A stretch of 64,000 nucleotides of DNA from Eledone cirrhosa. Lineage: Eukaryota. The notes below the pieces were generated by a model, which did no database searches, had not been told where the DNA came from, and saw only the letters and a program-made list of their open reading frames with translations. The DNA lies in contig OZ024740.1 in assembly GCA_964016885.1 (NCBI GenBank), forward strand, positions 1,736,001 through 1,800,000. Direction: 5' to 3'. Numbering within the stretch: the stretch's first letter is position 1; every line of letters begins with the position of its first letter. The translations under genes were made by a program, and so were the position numbers. Shown here in pieces: positions 28,335-40,472 of this stretch.

Positions 28335-30645
28335 TTGTGTTATACATGGTATAACTGTAGTGTATATACTGGTGATAGTGTGGTGGTGGTGTTGTGTTAT
28401 ACATGGTATAACTGTAGTGTATATATTGGTGATAGTGTGGTGGTGGTGTTGTGTTATACATGGTATAACTGTAGTGTATATACTGGTGATAGTGTGGTGG
28501 TGGTGTTGTGTTATAGATGGTATAACTGTAGTGTATATACTGGTGATAGTGTGGTGGTGGTGTTGTGTTATAGATGGTATAACTGTAGTGTATATACTGG
28601 TGATAGTGTGGTGGTGGTGTTGTTATAGATGGTATAACTGTAGTGTATATACTGGTGATAGTGTGGTGGTGGTGTTGTGTTATAGATGGTATAACTGTAG
28701 TGTATATACTGGTGATAGTGTGGTGGTGGTGTTGTGTTATACATGGTATAACTGTAGTGTATATATTGGTGATAGTGTGGTGGTGGTGTTGTGTTATACA
28801 TGGTATAACTGTAGTGTATATACTGGTGATAGTGTGGTGGTGGTGTTGTGTTATACATGGTATAACTGTAGTGTATATATTGGTGATAGTGTGGTGGTGG
28901 TGTTGTGTTATAGATGGTATAACTGTAGTGTATATACTGGTGATAGTGTGGTGGTGGTGTTGTGTTATAGATGGTATAACTGTAGTGTATATACTGGTGA
29001 TAGTGTGGTGGTGGTGTTGTGTTATACATGGTATAACTGTAGTGTATATATTGGTGATAGTGTGGTGGTGGTGTTGTGTTATACATGGTATAACTGTAGT
29101 GTATATACTGGTGATAGTGTGGTGGTGGTGTTGTGTTATACATGGTATAACTGTAGTGTATATATTGGTGATAGTGTGGTGGTGGTGTTGTGTTATAGAT
29201 GGTATAACTGTAGTGTATATACTGGTGATAGTGTGGTGGTGGTGTTGTGTTATACATGGTATAACTGTAGTGTATATATTGGTGATAGTGTGGTGGTGGT
29301 GTTGTGTTATACATGGTATAACTGTAGTGTATATACTGGTGATAGTGTGGTGGTGGTGTTGTGTTATAGATGGTATAACTGTAGTGTATATACTGGTGAT
29401 AGTGTGGTGGTGGTGTTGTGTTATACATGGTATAACTGTAGTGTATATACTGGTGATAGTGTGGTGGTGGTGTTGTGTTATAGATGGTATAACTGTAGTG
29501 TATATACTGGTGATAGTGTGGTGGTGGTGTTGTGTTATACATGGTATAACTGTAGTGTATATACTGGTGATAGTGTGGTGGTGGTGTTGTGTTATACATG
29601 GTATAACTGTAGTGTATATACTGGTGATAGTGTGGTGGTGGTGTTGTGTTATACATGGTATAACTGTAGTGTATATACTGGTGATAGTGTGGTGGTGGTG
29701 TTGTGTTATACATGGTATAACTGTAGTGTATATATTGGTGATAGTGTGGTGGTGGTGTTGTGTTATACATGGTATAACTGTAGTGTATATACTGGTGATA
29801 GTGTGGTGGTGGTGTTGTGTTATAGATGGTATAACTGTAGTGTATATACTGGTGATAGTGTGGTGGTGGTGTTGTGTTATACATGGTATAACTGTAGTGT
29901 ATATACTGGTGATAGTGTGGTGGTGGTGTTGTGTTATACATGGTATAACTGTAGTGTATATACTGGTGATAGTGTGGTGGTGGTGTTGTGTTATAGATGG
30001 TATAACTGTAGTGTATATACTGGTGATAGTGTGGTGGTGGTGTTGTGTTATAGATGGTATAACTGTAGTGTATATACTGGTGATAGTGTGGTGGTGGTGT
30101 TGTGTTATAGATGGTATAACTGTAGTGTATATACTGGTGATAGTGTGGTGGTGGTGTTGTGTTATAGATGGTATAACTGTAGTGTATATACTGGTGATAG
30201 TGTGGTGGTGGTGTTGTGTTATAGATGCTATAACTGTAGTGTATATACTGGTGATAGTGTGGTGGTGGTGTTGTGTTATACATGGTATAACTGTAGTGTA
30301 TATACTGGTGATAGTGTGGTGGTGGTGTTGTGTTATACATGGTATAACTGTAGTGTATATACTGGTGATAGTGTGGTGGTGGTGTTGTGTTATACATGGT
30401 ATAACTGTAGTGTATATACTGGTGATAGTGTGGTGGTGGTGTTGTGTTATAGATGGTATAACTGTAGTGTATATACTGGTGATAGTGTGGTGGTGGTGTT
30501 GTGTTATACATGGTATAACTGTAGTGTATATACTGGTGATAGTGTGGTGGTGGTGTTGTGTTATACATGGTATAACTGTAGTGTATATACTGGTGATAGT
30601 GTGGTGGTGGTGTTGTGTTATAGATGGTATAACTGTAGCGTATAT
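28335..30645. repeat. 57-bp minisatellite array (~40 copies) decaying into (GGT)n
   Basis: Unit ATASATGGTATAACTGTAGTGTATATACTGGTGATAGTGTGGTGGTGGTGTTGTGTT. Confidence 0.96.
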
Positions 30646-30883
30646 GTGGCGGTGGTGGTTGTATTGTGGTGGTGGTGGTAGTGTGGCGGTGGTGGTTGTA
30701 TTGTGGTAGTGGTGGTGGTGGTTGTATTGTGGTAGTGTGGCGGTGGTGATTGTATTGTGGTGGTGGTGCTGTGGTAGTGGTGGTTGTATTGTGTTATAGC
30801 TAGTATAACTATAGTGTATATACTGGTGCCTTGTGGCGGTACTGTAGTGTCGTAGTGGTAGTAGTGTGGGGGTGTCATGACTC

Positions 30884-31143
30884 CTCCTCTCCCCACCACC
30901 ACCATCCTACCATGTAGTGGGAGAGGGCGGTCTTAACCTCTCCCCACCACCACCATCCTACCATGTAGTGGGAGGGGGGGGTTAACCTCTCCCCACCACC
31001 ATCCTACGATGTAGTAGGAGGAGGGTTACCCTCTCCCCACCACCATCCTACCATGTAGTGGGAGGGGGGTTAACCTCTCCCCACCACCATCCTACGATGT
31101 AGTGGGAGGGGGGTTAACCTCTCCCCACCACCATCTTACCATG
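30884..31143. repeat. ~45-50-bp self-complementary tandem repeat (5-6 copies)
   Basis: AACCTCTCCCCACCACCATCCTACCATGTAGTGGGAGGGGGGTT; unit ends pair with each other. Confidence 0.85.
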
Positions 31144-31224
31144 CAAACTTCCAAACTTTTATAAGACCTGTATTTCTCACAGTCTCTCTCTCTCTCCTAC
31201 ATGTATTTACTCTAGAATAACAAT

Positions 31225-32485
31225 AATAATTGTTTCTACTTTTGGCACAAGGCCAGCAATTACCCAGTGTATTACTGGTACTTTATTTTATCGACCCCGT
31301 AAGGATGAAAGGCAAAGTTAACCTTGGCGGGATTTGAACTCAGAATGGCAAGGGTCGTAACTCTGTGTCAAAGCATGTTGTCTGACCCTCTACCGATACT
31401 GCCAATCCACCACCCTAACATGTTGTCCGACCCTCTACCGATACTGCCAATCCACCACCCTAACATGTTGTCCGACCCTCTACCGATACTGCCAATCCAC
31501 CATCCTAACATGTTGTCCGACCCTCTACCGATACTGCCAATCCACCACCCTAACATGTTGTCTGACCCTCTACCGATACTGCCAATCCACCACCCTAACA
31601 TGTTGTCTGACCCTCTACCGATACTGCCAATCCACCACCCTAACATGTTGTCCGACCCTCTACCGATACTGCCAATCCACCACCCTAACATGTTGTCCGA
31701 CCCTCTACCGATACTGCCAATCCACCACCCTAACATGTTGTCTGACCCTCTACCGATACTGCCAATCCACCACCCTAACATGTTGTCTGACCCTCTACCG
31801 ATACTGCCAATCCACCATCCTAACATGTTGTCCGACCCTCTACCGATACTGCCAATCCACCACCCTAACATGTTGTCCGACCCTCTACCGATACTGCCAA
31901 TCCACCACCCTAACATGTTGTCTGACCCTCTACCGATACTGCCAATCCACCACCCTAACATGTTGTCCGACCCTCTACCGATACTGCCAATCCACCACCC
32001 TAACATGTCTGACCCTCTACCGATACTGCCAATCCACCACCCTAACATGTTGTCTGACCCTCTACCGATACTGCCAATCCACCACCCTAACATGTTGTCC
32101 GACCCTCTACCGATACTGCCAATCCACCACCCTAACATGTTGTCCGACCCTCTACCGATACTGCCAATCCACCACCCTAACATGTTGTCCGACCCTCTAC
32201 CGATACTGCCAATCCACCACCCTAACATGTTGTCTGACCCTCTACCGATACTGCCAATCCACCACCCTAACATGTTGTCCGACCCTCTACCGATACTGCC
32301 AATCCACCACCCTAACATGTTGTCCGACCCTCTACCGATACTGCCAATCCACCACCCTAACATGTTGTCCGACCCTCTACCGATACTGCCAATCCACCAC
32401 CCTAACATGTTGTCTGACCCTCTACCGATACTGCCAATCCACCACCCTAACATGTTGTCTGACCCTCTACCGATACTGCCATTCC
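31225..32485 (-). mobile_element. Meta-domain-like SINE with its 5' head amplified
   Basis: 31225-31372 is colinear with 33470-33620; the array unit equals the head of that copy. Confidence 0.88.
31374..32482. repeat. 45-bp tandem array (~24 copies) derived from a SINE 5' end
   Basis: Unit CATGTTGTCYGACCCTCTACCGATACTGCCAATCCACCACCCTAA versus single copy CATGGCGTCTGACTCTCTACCGATACTGCCAATCCACCGCCCTAA at 33619-33663. Confidence 0.95.
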
Positions 32486-33134
32486 ACATAATAATGGTTT
32501 CTAATTTAGGTACAAGACCAACAATTTTAGGGGAGAGGAAGTTGATTAAATTGACCCCGGTACATTACTGGTACTTTATTTTATCACCCTCACACCACCC
32601 ACCACCCATAATAATAATTTTGTACATTGACATGAACAAGGCCAGTAGTTTTTTGGCCTCGAAATTTACGAAAACAATATTTTAAAAGATTATCATTGAA
32701 AACAACAAAAACGGTTTCTGATTTAGGCACAAGACCAACAATTTGGTGGGAGGGGAAAATGTTCTTTATCCCTAGCTTGACCACCACCACCATCACCACT
32801 GCTAACATTACCACCACCAACCTCCCCATCACTACTAACATTGCCACCACCATCACCACCACTAACATTACCACCACCACCACCATCACCACTACCACTG
32901 CTAACATTACCACCACCATCAGTCAGTACATAATCACATTAGACATACTTAAGAGGATCAATTTATACAAAATATCAATGAAAATCCTGTAAAAATATAG
33001 ATTTCCTTACTACGAAATATGGAATATATTCAGTGATCGTTGATAAACTCCTACGTCTATAGACATTTGGTAGTTATTACGTCAGGCAATAATACCTTGA
33101 AGTATTAGTTTGGTCCATTTTCTGTTATAAAGTC

Positions 33135-33386
33135 GAGGTGTGTGGCCTAGTGGTAAGGATGTTTGACTTATGATCATAATGTTGTGGGTTGGATTCCTGG
33201 ATTGGGTTGTGTGTTATGTTCTTGAGCAAGACATTTCATTTCACATTGCTCCAGTATACTCAGCTGTAAATGAGTACCATCAGTAGCTGGGGGTTTAACC
33301 TTCTGAAGGACTGCCTGTACTCTCAGTTGCTTCACTTCATGAAACCAGGATAATCACCGACCTAATGAGCCTTCTGGCTTAAGACT
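33135..33386 (+). mobile_element. Full-length tRNA-derived CORE-like SINE (tail type A)
   Basis: A box TGGCCTAGTGG, core GTTCTTGAGCAAGACATTTC; flanked by a direct repeat TTTCTGTTATAAAGTC (~33119-33134 and ~33399-33414), a probable TSD. Confidence 0.88.
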
Positions 33387-33469
33387 CTTTTTTTTAGATT
33401 TCTGTTATAAAGTCAACTTCACCTTTCATTCATCTGGAGTCAATTTAATTGACCAAACCCCTTCTAAAA

Positions 33470-33665
33470 TAATTGTTTCTACATTTGGCACAAGGCCAGC
33501 AATTAACCAGTGTATTACTGGTACTTTATTTTATCGACCTCATAAGGATGAAAGGCAAAGTTAACCTCGGCGGGATTTGAACTTGGATCATAAAGGGCCG
33601 TAACTCTATACGTCAAAGCATGGCGTCTGACTCTCTACCGATACTGCCAATCCACCGCCCTAATA
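33470..33665 (-). mobile_element. Full-length Meta-domain-like tRNA SINE
   Basis: Reverse complement has B-box-like GTTCAAATCCCGCC, then CTTTGCCTTTCATCCTTATGAGGTCGATAAAATAAAGTACCAG and an (ATT)n tail. Confidence 0.85.
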
Positions 33666-34069
33666 ATGAAAATTATTGTGTACAGTGCTCAGGTGCACTA
33701 CAACTTTCCAAAAGATTGAAGCTGCTCATTAGAACAGAACACTTTGTATGTGTTTTGGTTCACTGTACTCTGAGTTCAAATTCCGTTGCAGTCAACTTTG
33801 TCTTTGCATTCTTTCAAAATTGATAGAATAAGTTATTACCTGTCGAAGGGCGTTTGGTGGAATTGTTAGAATGTTGGGTGAGATGCCTTACATAAAGATG
33901 GAGTGTATGTGGCTGATGGTGCAGCAAGGGGTGTAAAAGAAGAGAGGGAAGTATCATGGCAGACACTGAATCAAAACAAACTACAGTAACAATTGATCAA
34001 AATACTGAAATGAGTTTACAGAAAGATACTGTTTAGAGAAAGACAGAGAAAATGAAAAATAACTGTTAA

Positions 34070-35187
34070 CCCTTTAGCATTTACATTACTCTATATATGA
34101 GGTGTGTCAGAAAAGTTCCAAGACTGATGTCACAAAAGATTTATTAAACTTCACACTAAGACTTTTCTCCTTCAAAGTAATCCCCCTGGAGTCTAATGCA
34201 CTTTTCCATCCTTTTGTGCCACGCTTGCATGCACTCTTGGAAGGATTCTTCCAGGATCCTCCGCAGTTCCGTCGTCACGGCCTTTTTGATGTCATCCACG
34301 TCTTCAAAACGGGTCCCCTCCTGGTCGTACTCGAAGATCCATGACTCATCAACTGTGATGACTGTCCCTAGCAAGTCTGGTTCGGTTTCAAGACGCTCGA
34401 GGATGTCGTGGCACACTTGCATGCGTCGACCCTTCTGGTCATCGTTCAGCAGTTTTGGCACCATCTTCGCGCAGACTTTCCAAATCTTCAGTGAGAATCT
34501 TCCAGACGCTGTGATTCATGCCCAGCTCATTTGCCATCAATCGAACAGTCGGCCGACGATTGCTACGCACCATCTGCCTGACACGCTCAACGTTAACCTC
34601 AGTCCTGGTTGTTGAGGGCCTTCCGCTCCTGGGGTCATCTTCCACATCCTCGCGTCCTTCTTTAAACCTCTTGCACCACTCAAAAACACATGAATGTGAC
34701 ATCGTCTCATCTCTATACACTTGCTCAGTAATCCCAGTGCTTCTGACAGTTTTCCCCAACCGTACCAGAAACTTCAAGTTTGTTCATTGCTCTGTGCTCA
34801 TTGCTTGACGACCTGAAACAGAGGACATGTATATAAAATTATGAAGAAAAAAGTTTGATCGCTGCAGAGAGCTAACATTACAGTTACATACTCCAGGGGG
34901 ATTACTTTGAAGGAGAAAACTCTTAGTGTGAAGTTTGGGTTTGAAATAAATCTTTTGTGACATCAGTCCTGGAACTTTTCTGACACACCTCGTATACTAT
35001 AATATTTTCATGGTAAAGTCTTTGCCTAACATAATTATCTCACATAATATTGAATCTCTGAGATTTTGATATTATTTATTTTGACAACAATACCTTGATA
35101 TCAGTATGAGTGTCTGGTTACAGATGGTTTGAACAGAAAGAGGTGAGAGAATTCTGGCCGGATATGGGTGGTTTAAATGCTAACGGG
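34070..35187. mobile_element. piggyBac-like TTAA MITE (~220 bp net) interrupted by a mariner
   Basis: TTAA|CCCTTTAGCATTTA ... TAAATGCTAACGGG|TTAA; uninterrupted inverted copy at 52995-53212. Confidence 0.85.
34096..34994 (-). mobile_element. Internally deleted mariner (Tc1/mariner) element, transposase pseudogene
   Basis: TIRs TAYGAGGTGTGTCAGAAAAGTTCCA with TA TSD; motifs VFEWCKRFKEGR, DDPRSGRP, VPKLL, TVDESWIFEYD, GDYFEG; frameshifts and loss of the catalytic core. Confidence 0.93.
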
Positions 35188-35231
35188 TTAAAACAGATAC
35201 TCAAAGACAGATAAAAACCAGAAACTTGTGT

Positions 35232-35433
35232 ATATACACACAATTTCACATATCAAAGTTAACTTGGCACAAGTAATTGGAATGGAAAAGTTATACATAC
35301 AGGTATTAAATTCCGACATTCTAACCTTCCTAAAACTAAAAACCCCAGCTGAGGGCAGAAATAAATTGCTACGGTTGCCACCGGTGGGACCTGGGGCAGT
35401 TGCCACCTTTGTCCCCCATTAAATCTGGCCCTG
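35232..35433 (-). mobile_element. Non-autonomous DNA-transposon end (hAT-like CAGGGCCAGATTTAA terminus)
   Basis: Inverted homolog at 51124-51341; superfamily inferred from the terminus only. Confidence 0.6.
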
Positions 35434-35659
35434 CACTGAATCACTATTCACAAGCTTATACGCTGGTACATGGGGTGCTGAGACATGTAAGTAACAGAGG
35501 CAAAGCCGTCAATATTTACCTCTGGGTCATAGTTACCTCTGTAAAACAGTATTGGCATTTAATAAGTGACAAAGACAACTATATATGGTTGGGAGGGATT
35601 AGTATGAACTTGTACATATTCATGACACATCAGAACCACGTGGCCTCTCAAGATGTTTA

Positions 35660-38600
35660 GGGGACATGACTGGCTTAGTGGTAAGGGTGTTGGACTTATG
35701 ATCAAAAAGGATTTTATGATAAATAACTAGATAGCCAGATTTATGATGAAAGAGTAAGTCATATTACTAAATCACAAGTTCTTTTTTTAAAAGAAATTCA
35801 AATATGTCAATAAAAACACACATGCACATACATATGTAAAGAACATAATATTGTGGACTCGATTCCTGGGTTGTGTGTTGTGTTCTTAAGCAAAACACTT
35901 CATTTTATGATGCTCCAGTATATTCAATTGAAATTGGGTATCAGCAATAGCTGGGGGTTTATCCCTGCGATGGACTGTCCAGGGAGAGTCTTGTACTCTG
36001 TCTGGACAGTCCATTGCAGGGTTACTTGTTTTGTACTCTCTCTGGACAGTCCATCACAGGGTTACTTGTCTTGTAATCTCTCTGGACAGTCCATCACAGG
36101 GTTACTTGTCTTTTACTCTCTCTGGACTGTCCATCACAGGGTTACTTGTCTTGTACTCTCTCTGGACTGTCCATCACAGGGTTACTTGTCTTGTAATCTC
36201 TCTGGACAGTCCATCACAGGGTTACTTGTCTTGTACTCTCTCTGGACTGTCCATCACAGGGTTACTTGTCTTGTACTCTCTCTGGACAGTCCATCACAGG
36301 GTTACTTGTCTTGTAATCTCTCTGGACAGTCCATCACAGGGTTACTTGTCTTGTAATCTCTCTGGACAGTCCATCACAGGGTTACTTGTCTTGTACTCTC
36401 TCTGGACAGTCCATTGCAGGGTTACTTTCTTGTACTCTCTCTGGACAGTCCATTGCAGGGTTACTTGTTTTGTACTCTCTCTGGACAGTCCATCACAGGG
36501 TTACTTGTCTTGTACTCTCTCTGGACAGTCCATCACAGGGTTACTTGTTTTGTACTCTCTCTGGACAGTCCATCACAGGGTTACTTGTCTTGTACTCTCT
36601 CTGGACAGTCCATCACAGGGTTACTTGTCTTGTACTCTCTCTGGACAGTCCATCACAGGGTTACTTGTCTTGTACTCTCTCTGGACTGTCCATCACAGGG
36701 TTACTTGTCTTGTACTCTCTCTGGACAGTCCATCACAGGGTTACTTGTCTTGTACTCTCTCTGGACAGTCCATCACAGGGTTACTTGTCTTGTACTCGCT
36801 CTGGACAGTCTATTGCAGGGTTACTTTCTTGTACTCTCTCTGGACAGTCCGTCACAGGGTTATTTGTCTTGTACTCTCTCTGGACAGTCCATCACAGGGT
36901 TACTTGTCTTGTACTCTCTCTGGACAGTCCATTGCAGGGTTACTTTCTTGTACTCTCTCTGGACAGTCCATCACAGGGTTACTTGTCTTGTACTCTCTCT
37001 GGACAGTCCATTGCAGGGTTATTTGTCTTGTACTCTCTCTGGACAGTCCATTGCAGGGTTACTTGTCTTGTACTCTCTCTGGACAGTCCATTGCAGGGTT
37101 ACTTTCTTGTACTCTCTCTGGACAGTCCATCACAGGGTTACTTGTCTTGTACTCTCTCTGGACAGTCCATTGCAGGGTTATTTGTCTTGTACTCTCTCTG
37201 GACAGTCCATCACAGGGTTACTTGTCTTGTACTCTCTCTGGACAGTCCATTGCAGGGTTACTTTCTTGTACTCTCTCTGGACAGTCCATCACAGGGTTAC
37301 TTGTCTTGTACTCTCTCTGGACAGTCCATCACAGGGTTACTTGTCTTGTACTCTCTCTGGACAGTCCATCACAGGGTTATTTGTCTTGTACTCTCTCTGG
37401 ACAGTCCATTGCAGGGTTACTTGTCTTGTACTCTCTCTGGACAGTCCATCACAGGGTTACTTGTCTTGTACTCTCTCTGGACAGTCCATCACAGGGTTAC
37501 TTGTCTTGTACTCTCTCTGGACAGTCCATTGCAGGGTTACTTGTCTTGTACTCTCTCTGGACAGTCCATCACAGGGTTACTTGTCTTGTACTCTCTCTGG
37601 ACAGTCCATTGCAGGGTTACTTGTCTTGTACTCTCTCTGGACAGTCCATCACAGGGTTACTTGTCTTGTACTCTCTCTGGACAGTCCATCACAGGGTTAC
37701 TTGTCTTGTACTCTCTCTGGACAGTCCATTGCAGGGTTACTTGTCTTGTACTCTCTCTGGACAGTCCATTGCAGGGTTACTTGTCTTGTACTCTCTCTGG
37801 ACAGTCCATCACAGGGTTACTTGTCTTGTACTCTCTCTGGACAGTCCATCACAGGGTTACTTGTCTTGTACTCTCTCTGGACAGTCCATCACAGGGTTAC
37901 TTGTCTTGTACTCTCTCTGGACAGTCCATCACAGGGTTACTTGTCTTGTACTCTCTCTGGACAGTCCATCACAGGGTTACTTGTCTTGTACTCTCTCTGG
38001 TCAGTCCATCACAGGGTTACTTGTCTTGTACTCTCTCTGGACAGTCCATCACAGGGTTACTTGTCTTGTACTCTCTCTGGTCAGTCCATCACAGGGTTAC
38101 TTGTCTTGTACTCTCTCTGGACAGTCCATCACAGGGTTACTTGTCTTGTACTCTCTCTGGACAGTCCATCACAGGGTTACTTGTCTTGTACTCTCTCTGG
38201 ACAGTCCATCACAGGGTTACTTGTCTTGTACTCTCTCTGGACAGTCCATTGCAGGGTTACTTGTCTTGTACTCTCTCTGGACAGTCCATCACAGGGTTAC
38301 TTGTCTTGTACTCTCTCTGGACAGTCCATCACAGGGTTACTTGTCTTGTACTCTCTCTGGACAGTCCATCACAGGGTTACTTGTCTTGTACTCTCTCTGG
38401 TCAGTCCATCACAGGGTTACTTGTCTTGTACTCTCTCTGGACAGTCCATCACAGGGTTACTTGTCTTGTACTCTCTCTGGTCAGTCCATCACAGGGTTAC
38501 TTGTCTTGTACTCTCTCTGGACAGTCCATCACAGGGTTACTTGTCTTGTACTCTCTCTGGACAGTCCATCACAGGGTTACTTGTCTTGTACTCTCTCTGG

Positions 38601-39846
38601 ACAGTCCATCACAGGGTTACTTGTCTTGTACTCTCTCTGGACAGTCCATTGCAGGGTTACTTGTCTTGTACTCTCTCTGGACAGTCCATCACAGGGTTAC
38701 TTGTCTTGTACTCTCTCTGGACAGTCCATTGCAGGGTTACTTGTCTTGTACTCTCTCTGGACAGTCCATCACAGGGTTACTTGTCTTGTACTCTCTCTGG
38801 ACAGTCCATCACAGGGTTACTTGTCTTGTACTCTCTCTGGACAGTCCATCACAGGGTTACTTGTCTTGTACTCTCTCTGGACAGTCCATTGCAGGGTTAC
38901 TTGTCTTGTACTCTCTCTGGACAGTCCATTGCAGGGTTACTTGTCTTGTACTCTCTCTGGACAGTCCATCACAGGGTTACTTGTCTTGTACTCTCTCTGG
39001 ACAGTCCATCACAGGGTTACTTGTCTTGTACTCTCTCTGGACAGTCCATTGCAGGGTTACTTGTCTTGTACTCTCTCTGGACAGTCCATCACAGGGTTAC
39101 TTGTCTTGTACTCTCTCTGGACAGTCCATCACAGGGTTACTTGTCTTGTACTCTCTCTGGACAGTCCATCACAGGGTTACTTGTCTTGTACTCTCTCTGG
39201 ACAGTCCATCACAGGGTTACTTGTCTTGTACTCTCTCTGGTCAGTCCATCACAGGGTTACTTGTCTTGTACTCTCTCTGGACAGTCCATCACAGGGTTAC
39301 TTGTCTTGTACTCTCTCTGGTCAGTCCATCACAGGGTTACTTGTCTTGTACTCTCTCTGGACAGTCCATCACAGGGTTACTTGTCTTGTACTCTCTCTGG
39401 ACAGTCCATCACAGGGTTACTTGTCTTGTACTCTCTCTGGACAGTCCATCACAGGGTTACTTGTCTTGTACTCTCTCTGGTCAGTCCATCACAGGGTTAC
39501 TTGTCTTGTACTCTCTCTGGACAGTCCATCACAGGGTTACTTGTCTTGTACTCTCTCTGGTCAGTCCATCACAGGGTTACTTGTCTTGTACTCTCTCTGG
39601 ACAGTCCATCACGGGGTTACTTGTCTTGTACTCTCTCTGGACAGTCCATCACAGGGTTACTTGTCTTGTACTCTCTCTGGACAGTCCATCACAGGGTTAC
39701 TTGTCTTGTACTCTCTCTGGACAGTCCATCACAGGGTTACTTGTCTTGTACTCTCTCTGGACAGTCCATTGCAGGGTTACTTGTCTTGTACTCCCAGTCA
39801 CTTAATACCACAGAAACCGAGGTAAACACCGGCCTTATGAACCTCC
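35660..39846 (+). mobile_element. CORE-like SINE (tail A) interrupted by a 40-bp array
   Basis: Head 35665-35703, body 35850-36000, tail resumes at 39792 (CAGTCACTTAATACCACAGAAACCG...ATGAACCTCC), as in 13108-13160. Confidence 0.85.
35988..39793. repeat. 40-bp tandem array (~95 copies) with an inverted+direct SINE-derived unit
   Basis: Unit TCTGGACAGTCCATCACAGGGTTACTTGTCTTGTACTCTC. Confidence 0.97.
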
Positions 39847-40155
39847 AACAATTGTGTTTTCAAAACAGTGATTGGGAACCAACCATATTTTACTTATAGG
39901 AAAAAAGATCTCTGCATGATTGGTGGAGCAATTAGCAGTAAAAGATATAGGAAGGAAGAGAGTGGTGGGGTGGGGGGGGGGGAAACATACTGAAATTAAG
40001 GTAGGGAGTCAGACAGACAGACTAACTGATAACTTTGAATCACATGATGTGTTTCCTGCAATCTTCCCTTCTGAGAAATTACCACCTCAGCCCTCATCCT
40101 CCCCTAATTGCCACACCCACACACCAGTGTTGTTAACATGCTTCAACAGTGCACA

Positions 40156-40305
<150 letters not shown>

Positions 40306-40472
40306 TTCCCCTCAACATCACATCTTTGACTCTATTACACTTATCCTACATACACTTCCCCAGTATATGTGTGTATATATGTGTATATGTATACACATAA
40401 ACATCTCCCTCCTGTAAACACGTATATACATCTCGTCAAATGATGATATTAAAAACATTTGAAATTCTAAAT

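Noticed and set aside
14990-30800. Telomeric repeat
   Set aside because: GT-rich, but with no (TTAGGG)n tracts.
20929-39899. Very long ORFs (up to 1655 aa) of repeated peptides
   Set aside because: They are open in several frames and often on both strands because the 30/57/45/40-bp units lack stops. There are no domains or splice context, and two of the units derive from SINEs.
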